From the NCBI GenBank assembly GCA_052327205.1, contig CM126214.1, positions 21,948,001 to 22,012,000 of the forward strand: a stretch of DNA of 64,000 nt, in the 5' to 3' direction. This DNA comes from Somniosus microcephalus. Lineage: Eukaryota. Below are positions 53,625 through 64,000 of this stretch, piece by piece. Position 1 is the stretch's first letter. The number at the start of each line of letters is the position of its first letter. Both the position numbers and the translations under genes were made by a program. The notes beneath the pieces are model-generated. The model searched no databases, was not told the DNA's origin, and was given only the letters and a program-made list of their open reading frames with translations.

Positions 53625-53840
53625 AACACAGCGTCAGCCAATCAGCGCCCCCCTGACGCCTCAACCTTCCCAAAAGTATCCACCTGTTCCCCGGCACCAG
53701 CCAATCGGCCGCCACTCCATTGTGACGTCTCGCTCGATGCTGGCCGCCCACTCGCCAGTTTCAACCATTCAAAAAAGACTGCGACGCCTGCCACGTGACA
53801 ATAGCCGAGTTCCTTCCTCCTCCCCCCCCTCCTCCTCCCT
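53625..53840. promoter_or_regulatory. Promoter/enhancer-like cassette at the 3' end of intron 1
   Basis: CCAAT 53638-53642 and 53701-53705, CGTCA 53632, TGACG 53654, TGACGTCT 53723-53730, E-box CACGTG 53792-53797. CpG-rich. Confidence 0.6.
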
Positions 53841-55168
53841 ACACACACTACCTGAATTGAAATTCGCAATGAATCGAGAGAAACAAAGGGTCAACCTGAT
53901 GTTCTGAGAGGTGCAAACGTTTTGTTAAGATTCCTTTTGAACTCGGCAAAAAGCATTTCACAAAGAACCGGCACTATTTGGGGATGTCCACCTCCCCCAC
54001 CACAGGTGATGGGCTGCAATCAAGAATCGACTGTTTGATATCTCGATTTTCGTTTAAATATTTAACCCCCAAAAATCACAATATCCACGCATTGTGCTTG
54101 AGAATGAATCAAACGTGTTTGTGCCAGTCCCCAAAGGAAATGAGTCGATGCATTTATAGCCCAAATGCTTCAGTAATTAAACTTAAGCTTGCAATTTTCA
54201 TCGGCATTGGCAATGTTTGCAAATAAAATTAAAATATTTTTTTGTCCCTCAATTAGCTATAAGATTTCACAAATGCACCAAAAACTTAAGAACCGACCGC
54301 ACTATTTTGCAAACCGAAAATGTATTTGATCCGCATGTTGCCGACGCGAGCCGTTTCAGAGAAAATGCTGAACTTAGATTAGACTTTATTTTAATTTAAT
54401 TTAGAAGTGCTTTATTTAAATGCTGTGGTTAACCATTAAACAGCCGGAATACTCCCAGTTTAGAGACTCCAGCTTCATGGATAGCAACGACAGTCCTTAT
54501 AGTTTGTATTGAAGCAACACTATAAGCATTCTAGTAATTATTTCTCGGTGCTTCGTAGTTATGAGCTGGTGCCATAAAGATAATGATGAAAGCCTATGTC
54601 GTTTGCATTATCGCTGTAGCACTGGGCTGTGGGGGTTGGTATCTTACAGAAATACCACGAACTCACAGTAGACGAGCAACAGCGCTACCTTCTGACAATT
54701 TGTGGTACTACTTCACCGAAATAAACGGAGGTGGATTATTTATTGAAGGACCAAAATCAAATGATAATGCTTCAGACTTTCGTACATTTCTTACTAGAAG
54801 GAGCAACCGTTTGCGAGTAGGGAAAAGAGAAAACACGTAAGAGTTAAGCCAATAAAATAGGAAAGTTGGGGCCCATTCACACAACAGTTATTGGTACAGT
54901 AAGAACTGAGATAACCAGAAGCTATGGAACCAGATCCTCACTACTGTATATTAAAACTCAGTAAAATAGTACATACCACATTAAACTGATCGGCTTTTCT
55001 AAATACAGAGTTTTTAACCAATGACATTAGGACCATTTATTCTTGTGCGCCGTTTTTTTGGATTATAGTCGCCAATAGTTGTTTAATTTGCCAGATTAAT
55101 GTTTCACGCGACTGTGTTCCGTTTAATCCCAGGTTACGTATGAAAGGTTTGTCAATCTAATCGCTTAC

Positions 55169-55300
55169 CAGCTTTAGTTAAATCGCTCTTAGTCTTAGCA
55201 GTGCCCTCACTTCAAAAATAGGTTCCTTTAGTTAGTGGCACAAATTGTAAATTCCTTTAAAGTCGGCGAGATCGTTGTTCTCCTGAAGTTGCTCCTTTAA
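55169..55300 (-). other. MIDN: MIDN probable non-coding exon 1 (5'UTR); 5' end approximate
   Basis: Donor CTG|GTAAGC at 55169/55168. TATA-like TTAAATA at 55331-55325, about 30 nt upstream. CpG-rich. Mammalian MIDN also has a non-coding first exon. Confidence 0.6.
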
Positions 55301-55319
55301 GCCTTGGCTCAGGACTTGT

Positions 55320-55680
55320 CTTGGTATTTAAGCAGATAGACGTGACGCCGACGCCCGGGTGTGGTGGGAGTCTGAAATGCAGGAACTGTTTGGCAGCGAT
55401 CAGCAGCAAAGGCGGAGCCATAATCCCCCGCTGACATCACCGGCAACAGCAACCATCGCTGAATCACAGTTTTGGAAATCTACTGAGCAAAAAGAGATTT
55501 GTCTCGGAGAAGCGCGACCCTGCTCGGTCAAGCAGGGTCTGAAGCTTTTCGGCTTCTTCACAGCGGCGCAAGGGGGGGTAGCTGGCGACGAGCCGGCTGG
55601 CGGCGGGTGGCGCCTCAGGCACGCTTCGCACTCTCCTGGTGCAGGGCATAGTTACGCGATTACGTGGTTAGGCGGTGTCA
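55320..55680 (-). promoter_or_regulatory. MIDN proximal promoter / CpG-rich region
   Basis: TATA-like box 55325-55331, half-CRE TGACG 55343-55347, CRE/AP-1-like TGACATCA 55432-55439, AP-1-like TGAATCA 55460-55466. High CpG density. Confidence 0.6.
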
Positions 55681-57560
55681 TAACAAACAGTTTCTAATCA
55701 GCACCAGCCAAACCTGGGACATTAGTAACGCACTTCTGTACAGTGAGTGCTGTGCACGTCACGAAGTAAACATTCCCCAAAAATTAAGTCGACTCCAAAT
55801 AAAATGAGTTGCCTGGTGCTACAAATATGTATTCTGTTATCCTGCTCTAATCTGTCTTTCCGGGAGGAAAAAAAAGTATTGAATATTGAAATAGACGGGT
55901 GCTGCCTCTGTCTGTATTCTGATAATCAAATATATCCAGTATGCTAAATGGAACGCAAAATTGATCTCACATGTAAATGTTAACGCTCTACACTACAGTA
56001 CCGATCAATAATGTTTAGCCTTATATAGTATAATTACACAAATAAATATTATTGAACCGTCTCTGGTTTGCATAACGTATTTCAAGCAAGGAGCGGGGAC
56101 CCTTTTCGTGCACGTTTAATTGATGCTCTCACAACAGTACATTAATAAAATGAGTCTCAGGTTTGGTCAGAATAACTTTCGCCGTGACTCACAGTTACTG
56201 TCATTTTTTAAGTCAGCACTTTGGGGAAGGAATTGAGTGAAGAAGGCGTTCCCTGTTACTGGCAGTGATGCCTCACACAGGAACACATTTTTCACATTAT
56301 AATAGCACTGCCCTGTTTATACTGGAGTGCTGTTTTTGGATGGAGTGTGCAAGCTATTAAGCTATGGGTTCGTCCATAAAATCTGTACACTGGATTGAGG
56401 TTTTTTTTTAAGGTAGAAAAGCATACGGGAGGGGAGAGCTTTAGCCAATGCATAAATACAGCCCCCCCCCCTCCCCCCGCTGCTTTGTTTGAACCAATAG
56501 TAGAAAAAGAAACAAAACAAGAAAACTATTTCATTGCACATGAGAGGGCGGTCCAAGAGACATATTTTCTTTTGCAAAGGCTGATGAATGCCTTTCTCCC
56601 CTGGTTAGAATGTTATCCCTGGGACTATCTGACTGTGACAGCACTGTAACAGACGAGAGGGTGTCAGCTATTCGGCTGCAATCCAGGGCGCTCCAGCTTG
56701 TGTTTTGTCTGAGCACCTGGATTGAAAGGTAGGCTCCTCCTATCGACTTGCAGGGAACATCTGTTAGCAGATTGAGAAAGAATCGCAGTCGAAGACAAAC
56801 TCCGGCTATATAAACATGTAACTCGGTACATAGTGTGCCCAATGGATCACCAGCCGACGGCAGCACGACTGACTCACAGCCAGCTGCCTCTGCACTTCCA
56901 CTGACGTGGACACGGTAGTGTCAGCTCCCCCTCTCCTCGATGACATGCAAAGCCGCAGGCAGTGACAAATCTGGGAAAATGCTGTCCCTCTTTGACAAAC
57001 TGTTGAACTGGTTCTTGAAGGAAAGCACGCTGGTATTGGGCTGCTGTTCCTGGGCAAGACAAGCTTTGTGAATGTGATTCTCAACATTTAGAAGTGCTTT
57101 GAATTGATGGGGTGTTGGTCAAAGTGTGCATTCTTTTGGGGGGGGGGCCCTGCTGCCACTTAATTCCATGTCCCCCTCCCTCCACTACTCCTCATTCAAA
57201 TCCCTTTAGTTCAGTTTTCATCCGGTGTGATCATGACTGTGGTACCTTGCCCCCCACCTCAACCTCTCCGCGGCCTCCACCACAGTCAAACATGCTATCC
57301 TCCTCCACTTTGGCCCACCTTCATGGCACCACCCTCAGATGATTGCTACCCTATTTGTCCCAACATAGCCAAGACTTATCCAGGAATAGATTCTCCTCCT
57401 ATACCTGTATGGCCGTCTCCGGTGTCCGCCAAGCTTCCATCCTTGGTCATATCCTCATATTGTTCATCTATTTGCAGGTCCCCTCACATGTCATGATTCT
57501 GCAGCTGCAGAATTTATCCTAGTGGGAACGGATAAAAATCAGGAATGGGAGAGATGGAAG

Positions 57561-57985
57561 AATCAATCAAATCAAATCAAAAATCAAATCAAATCAAATC
57601 AACTTTTATTGTCATTGTTAGTGCACAAGTGCAGTACAACGAAATGTAGGCTTGCGGCTCCCGAGAGTGTACATTTGGATTAAGACATTTAAACATTCAA
57701 CATACATTTGGCTTGTAGTATATTAACATAAACATAACCATAATAAAGTGCATTGGCAGATGTGCAGGCTTTAGAGTTTATTTGTGGAGTTCAGTAGGAT
57801 GACAGCCCTGGGAAAGAAGCTGTTCCTAAATCTGGTCGTTCGGGTGCGAATGCATCTGTAGCGTCTCCCAGATGGCAGGAGGGCGAACAGACTGTGGCTG
57901 GGGTGGGTAGGGTCTTTGATGATGGACCGTGACCTCCGTAGACAGCGTTTCTGGTATATGTGCTCTATGGTCGGTAGCCGGGTAA
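57561..57985 (-). mobile_element. Rex1/Babar LINE 3' fragment
   Basis: Reverse strand encodes IIKDPTHPSHSLFALLPSGRRYRCIRTRTTRFRNSFFPRAVILLN, followed by AATAAA and a (GATTT)n tail. Confidence 0.8.
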
Positions 57986-58133
57986 CAAGAGATAGTCATC
58001 CTTAATAGTAAATCTTGTAGCTTATACAGAAATCTTGTGCTCTTGTTCCTCGTCCCATGAGAAGTCTGTATTTAGAAGTTGACTATAAAAGCCAACTGTG
58101 AACGGAATGGAAACTGAACTTAAGGGATTTGAA

Positions 58134-58373
58134 CAGAAAACGCTGGAAAAACTCAGCAGGCCAGGCAGCATCCGTGGAGAGAGAAACAGAGTTAACGTTT
58201 CAGATCGAGAACCTTTCGTCAGAATCATGTGCGGAATCATCTGACCAAAGGTTCTCGACCTGAAACGTTAACTCTGTTTCCCTCTCCATGGACGCTGCCT
58301 GGCCTGCTGAGTTTTTCCAGCGTTTTCTGTTGTCATTTCGGATTTCCAGCATCCGCAGTATTTTGCTATCGTA
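58134..58373. mobile_element. Inverted pair of Penelope pLTRs
   Basis: Palindromic ~90-bp arms and TSD aagggatttgaa (58122-58133, 58374-58385). Contains two hammerhead-like motifs. Confidence 0.75.
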
Positions 58374-60181
58374 AAGGGATTTGAATATGGAGTAGTGGGG
58401 GGGGGGGTGGTTTGGCATGGAATTAAGTGGCAGCAGGGCCCCCCCCCCAAAAGAATGCACACTTTGACCAACACCCCATCAATTCACAAATGCACATTTC
58501 TTATGCATCTCTGCTGGTGATTCTAGCACATTTCCTATTGTCAATTCTTACATTTCTCTCGCTCTTGATTCTACTGCTACCTCTCCTGCACATGGTTCTG
58601 TTGTGTCTCCTGCTTTGCTGTTAATCCTGATGATGATCCTGTTGCTCCTGTGTCCGTAACCTAAGGAGCCCGACCCCCCTCCCCATATTCCCCTCCCCCT
58701 TTTGCTGCTTGGCTGCTGCTGTATGGCTGGCCTCTGGTGTTTGACTGCAGAAGGCTGGTTGCTGCTGAGGCCTGGCTGGCTCGTTAGGGTTGGCTGGCTT
58801 CTGGTAGTTGGCTGGCTACGAGGCTGACTGACTGTTCCAGGTCTCTGTTTCCTGTTCTGCTACTGGGAGCTCCAGTTCCTACTACGCTGCATCGGCCTAT
58901 TTGTTTCCTCTCTTCTTCATCAGCTACTGCAAGTTTATCGGTCAGGTAGCCCTTTCTAAACCTGCAGTGGCTCCCGAGCTAAACTCACTGGATTTATTTT
59001 AAGACTGACTGCCAGTCTTCCTGGACCCAGTGACAGTGCAATCCCTATAGTGATGTACTTTGTGTGTGTGCTTGGCCGAAACTATGACAGCTAGTCTGTC
59101 CATGCACAATGCACTTTGTAGCTGGTTCCACAGAAACCGGTTATATTACTTGTAGTTAAATACAGAAGAAAGGTGTACTTAAGTCCCGAGACCCAGCCTA
59201 CGATATGAAAGCAGCATGATATGAAAATTGCTTTGTCACCCTATTCTTGCGAGATAAATATGCAAAGCCAACTTAGTTCTAGAAACTGGTTAAACCTGCT
59301 GCAGAATCTACATTCCCTTGCCAAAGAATTTGGTTCAGGTTGGCACACAAATTGCCTCAAGGTGTTACAGAATCCATGGGGTCCTGTCTAAATGCTATCA
59401 CATGATGACATTATTGGTAAACATGGTTCCAAATTTATGTCCCCAATACCCAGTTTCATCTCGCCATCATTCCCCTGAATTCCACGACTGTTGTTGTGCT
59501 TTTTTCTTCCAATGTCAAGTTGCATATGAGCCAAAACTTAGTTAACACTGGCAAGAGCAAAGTGAATGGCCCGGATTTTGCTGTAATAATTACGGCGAGG
59601 CTACCAGCGTTCGCCGTTATTGCAGGGTAAATCTGACAGCAACTTCTGGCATCCACATATGCGCAGTTAAACACAGAAATCCAGAAGCTGATGTCAGAGA
59701 TACCCTGCTCCTCCACAGTCTGTTACAGTCCTCGCTGACAGACCTGGCACTGAAATCACTGTAATGGTGTGAACCTGGGGTACTTGCCCGCTAGTCCCGC
59801 ACTAAAGTCGGCTGAAAAAGTTAGGGCTGGTACATTTAGGTGTAAGTGAGTTTTTAACGGTGTAATAAGTGATAATTACTGCTGAACAACCTTTCTGGCC
59901 TGAAAACTTAATCTTACAAGTGTAGAATTTCATTCCCTCAGAAGGAAATTAATGTTGCAGATTTATTTTAAATTAAAATTAAAATATATTTTTTTAACTT
60001 TTTCTGTTGGACTCTCTTATCTCTCTCACTTAATTCCATCTGTATTTCTGAATCTTTATATCTCCCCCATACATGATTTAAATGTAATTTATATTTCCCA
60101 TTTTTTACTTCCTGATTTGCAATCTGCATGTATCAGTGAGGATACTTTAATCTGATTGGTTGAAGAGCCTCGCTGCTGCTT

Positions 60182-62168
60182 TTACTACAGTGGTACAGGG
60201 CCTTGGTGAGACCACACCTGGAGTACTGTGTGCAGTTTTGGTCTCCTTACCTAAGAAAGGATATACCTGTCATAGAGGGAGTGCAGCGAAGGTTCACCAG
60301 ACTGATTCCTGGGATGGCAGAACTGTCGTATGATGAGAGACTAGGCCTGTATTCACTAGAGTTTAGAAGAATGAGAGGGGATCTAATTGAAACGTATAAA
60401 ATTCTGACAGGGTTAGACAGACTGGATGCAGGGAGGATGTTTCCCCTGGCTGGGGGGTCTAGAACGAGGGGTCACAGTCTCAGGATATGGGGTAGGACAT
60501 TTAGGACTGAGATGAGGAGAAATTTCTTCACTCAGAGGGTGGTGAACCTGTGGAATTCTCTACCACAGAAGGCTGTGCAGGCCAAGTCACTGAATATATT
60601 TAAGAAGGAGATAGATAGATTTCTAGACACAAAAGGCATCAAGGGGTATGGGGAGAGAGAGAAAACGGGGAATTATAGACCGGTAAGCCTGACATCGATA
60701 GTGGGGAAAATGCTAGAGTCCATTATTAAAGATGTAATAGATGAGCACTTGGAAAACAGTGACAGGATCGGACAAAGTCAACATGGATTTACAAAAGGTA
60801 AATCATGCTTGACTAATCTACTGGAATTTTTTGAGGATGTAACTGGTAGAATAGATAAGGGAGAACCAATGGATGTGGTGTATTTGGACTTTCAGAAGGC
60901 TTTCGATAAGGTCCCGCATAAGAGATTAGCATGCAAAGTTAAAGCACATGGGATTGGGGGTAAGGTACTGTCTTGGATAGAAAACTGGTTGGCAGACAGG
61001 AAGCAAAGAGTTGGAATAAACGGGTCTTTTTCTGGGTGGCAGGCAGTGACTAATGGGGTACCACAGGGATCGGTGCTAGGACCCCAGCTATTCACAATAT
61101 ATATAAATGATCTAGACGAGGGAACTAGATGTAATATCTCCAAAGCTGGGTGGGCGTGTGTGCTGTGAGGAGGATGCAGAGAAACTCCAGTATGATTTGG
61201 ACAGGTTGGGTGATTGGGCAGATGCATGGCAGATGCAATATAATGTGGATGAATGCGAGGTTATCCACTTCGGTGGCAAAACCAGGAAGACAGATTATTA
61301 TCTGAACGGCAATAGATTGGGAAAAGGGGAAGTGCAATGAGACCTGGGTGTCCTTGTGCACCAGTCACTGAAGGTAAGCATGCAGGTGCAGCAGGTGGTT
61401 AAGAAGGCAAATGGTATGTTGGCCTTCATAGCGAGAGGATTCGAGTACAGGAGCAAGGATGTCTTGCTGCAGTTGTACAGGGCCTTGATGAGACCACATC
61501 TTGAGCATTGGGTGCAGTTTTGGTCGCCTTATCTGAGGAAGGATGTTCTTGCCATGGAGAGAGTGCAGAGAAGATTCACCAGACTGATGCCTGGGATGAC
61601 AGGAATGACGTATGAGGAGAGATTGGGTCGATTAGGCTTATATTCGCTAGAGTTTAGAAGAATGAGAGGGGATCTCATTGAAACTTATAAAATTCTAACA
61701 GGACTAGACAGGCTAGATGCAGGAAGGATGTTCTTGATGGTGGGGGAGTCCAGAACCAGGGGTCACAGTCTAAGGATAGGAGGTAAGCCATTTAGGACGG
61801 AGATGAGGAGGAATTTCTTCATCCAGGGAGTGGTGAACCTGTAGAATTCTCTACCACACAAGGCAGTTGAGGCCAATTCATTAAATATATTCAAGAAGGA
61901 GTTAGATATATTTCTTAAGACTAAAGGGATCAAGGGATATGGGGAGAAAGCAGGGACAGGGTACTGAATTTGGATGATCAGCCATGATCTCATTAAATGG
62001 CAGAACAGGCTCGCGGGGCCGAATGGCCTACTCCTGCTCCTATCTTCTATGTTTCTATGAGAGAGCGGGAATATGGTATTGAGATAGAGGATCAGCCATG
62101 ATCATATTGAATGGTGGAGCAGGCTCGAAGGGCTGAATGGCCTACTCCTGCTCCTATGTTTCTATGTT
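60182..62168 (+). mobile_element. Outer 5'-truncated CR1 LINE (60182-60660 plus 62060-62168)
   Basis: VRPHLEYCVQFWSP...KGIKGYGE. The 3'UTR resumes at 62060 and ends in (tttctatg)n. Confidence 0.85.
60655..62059 (+). mobile_element. Inner CR1 LINE (RT domain to 3' tail), inactivated
   Basis: NYRPVSLTS, QHGF, DFQKAFDKV and GVPQGSVLGP are present. The FADD motif is deleted at ~61143, with frameshift and stops. Confidence 0.9.
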
Positions 62169-62436
62169 ACCCTGTTCACAGACACCACAGATCCCCTGTA
62201 GAGGGTGCCGCACTGAAACAGATGCCGGATTGGTGGAAATCCCTGCTGACAAGCCTGCAAAAAGTCTGTGGGCAACTGTACATGAGGTGAACGGCAAAAG
62301 CCATTCCTTCGCCACTGAAAGCAAAGCCCGGGCCATTGTGTTGTGCTTCGGCCAGAATCATTGCACCTTAGCCCTTGATTCCATCTCCCTTCACCACTGC
62401 TTACTTAGGCGATGGTGCACAATCTCAATAGCCCCT

Positions 62437-62958
62437 GCACCGTAAATTCAGTAGTAGCTACTGGAAGTGCTTCCCCTCCTTCTTGGGGCGCTACCAGTGA
62501 ATTTCGCGGCACTACATGCAACGGCGCCACGTGCGTCGGCACGTAGCACCGCGTCATTGCAGGCCTCTCTCCCCTGATTAAAGGGGAGGGAGCCTAGCGC
62601 TGCATGCACCGGGGCCCTGCTGGACCACCAGGGGGGCGGGGAAAACAGCCCGGCACTCAAGAGGAGTGCCGGGCTGAGCGATCGTGGCCAGCACCCCGAT
62701 GAAAAAAGGGGAAGGGGGCAGGTGCTGGCAGTCGGCCCAAAAAAAATGGCTACCAACACCTGCCCTTTAAGTAGCGCCGCCGCGGTTGTAAAAATGCCAC
62801 CCTGACCCTGTCGGATATATTGTCCGGCAATAGCTCAACTTTGCGGGCGGGGCGCTGCACACGGCAATGACGACATCGCCGTTAACCTCGCGCTGAATTT
62901 CCCAGGAGGCGTTAGTGGTGCCACACCAGGGGGCGCAAAGCAACCCAATTTTTCCACC
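62437..62958. mobile_element. GC-rich MITE related to 6039-6748
   Basis: Shares internal motifs with 6039-6748 (atgacg.catcg, ttaaagggga). CpG-rich. Ends approximate. Confidence 0.5.
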
Positions 62959-63429
62959 AAAGAATTTATCCATACACTTTTCATAGAATGCCGGTGCTTT
63001 AACACAGGTTTTTCAAGATCACAGATGAGATCTATAAGTGAAGCTTCTTCATATAAAGACTTTGGAGTAATTAAAATAGCCAATGACTTAGGGAGTAAAT
63101 CTACCGCTAACAAAAAATCCAAATCAAGAAAATCTCTGAATCAATCTCTGAGCGAGTTGGCATTATCCAGAGTTAAAAGAGTAAAAGAGGTGGAGAGTCA
63201 GTCAGGAGGAATGCTGGGATCAGGAAAGATAGTCACAAGAGGCAAGGCAGCAGAATGGATGATCTTGATTCTGTAGACAAAGAACTTCATAAGTTCCTCG
63301 CATGGAGTCAGATGAGATACTTAATTGTAGAGGCGATTGGAGCTGTTCCTACTCTCCATGAGAATTTTCGAATAAGATGAGGATTTGGCTAATGGAAGGG
63401 ATGGGCTGCTGTGGTCAAACCATATTTGA

Positions 63430-63820
63430 CAATAACAACTTGCATTTATATAGCACCTTTAACATAATAAAACGTCCCAAGGCGCATTATCAAACAAAAT
63501 TTGACACCGAGCCACATAAGGAACTATTAGGACAGGTGACCAAAAGGTTGGTCAAATAGATAGGTTTTAAGAAGCATCTTAAAGGAGGAGAGAGGTAGAG
63601 ATGCGGAGAGATTTAGGGAGGAAATTCCAGAGCTTAGGGCCGAGGCAGTTGAAGGCACAGCCACCAATGGTGGAGTGATGAAAATCGGAGCCGCACAAGA
63701 GGCCAGAGATCTTGGAGGGGTGTAGGACTGGAGGAGGTTACAGAGATAGGGAGGGGCAAGACCATGAAGGGATTTGAAAACAAGGATGAGAATTTTAAAA
63801 TCAAGGCGCTGCTGGCCTGG
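63430..63820 (-). mobile_element. L2 LINE 3' fragment
   Basis: aacaacttgcatttatatagcacc tail. Homologous to 48232-48545. Confidence 0.75.
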
Positions 63821-64000
63821 ACTACTAGGTCAGTTGCTCACTAAATGCATAAGACTTGAGACTACAGAGTTGTCCTGGGGAGCAGCAGGGGCAGGGGACT
63901 ATCTGTGATCTAATGGGGAAAAAGGTGTTCGAACAAGAGGTGAGGCAGTTTTGCAGGCAATTAATGGAGGCTTTGATGTCATTATAGACGTAAGGGCAGA

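Larger units (their letters stand above)
57100..58486. mobile_element. Unclassified element with ~125-bp terminal inverted repeats, carrying nested insertions
   Basis: 57100-57224 is the reverse complement of 58103-58133 joined to 58374-58486. The outer ~70 bp are almost identical. Confidence 0.7.
59568..62334. mobile_element. AT-rich MITE (same family as 11754-12526), split by CR1 insertions
   Basis: TIRs ggcccggattttgc / gcaaagcccgggcc. Segments 59568-60185 and 62167-62334 join at TTAC. Confidence 0.7.

Noticed and set aside
53701-53720. ER-stress element CCAAT-N9-CCACG
   Set aside because: Spacing and sequence do not match (CCAAT-N6-CCACT).
60203-61168. 321-aa ORF as a functional reverse transcriptase gene
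   Set aside because: It is a chimera of two nested CR1 copies, has no ATG start, and the FADD catalytic motif is deleted.

Overview
Vertebrate genomic DNA, most likely an elasmobranch (shark or ray). That assignment is inferred from an HE1-type V-SINE and from shark-type CR1, Penelope and DeuSINE repeats. The only protein-coding gene I can support is a complete midnolin (MIDN) orthologue on the minus strand. It has a probable non-coding exon 1 (~55169-55300), seven coding exons (53255 to 28158; 1419 nt, 472 aa; all GT-AG junctions phase-consistent) and a ~2.9 kb 3'UTR ending near 25250. The protein has the Ubl, split Catch and C-terminal helix/NLS modules of the ubiquitin-independent midnolin-proteasome pathway. 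The flanks are dense, nested transposon terrain: a full-length non-autonomous Helitron, Penelope-like fragments carrying minimal hammerhead ribozymes, Harbinger-like MITEs, CR1, L2, RTE, RTE-X and Rex1 LINE pieces, and several SINEs. The best leads are a candidate 7-nt microexon that would delete midnolin's C-terminal helix, an in-frame uORF, a promoter-like cassette overlapping the intron-1 branch point, an intact hammerhead core, and an unexplained hairpin cluster. I do not see a demonstrably new multi-gene system, and the regulatory leads are hypotheses.
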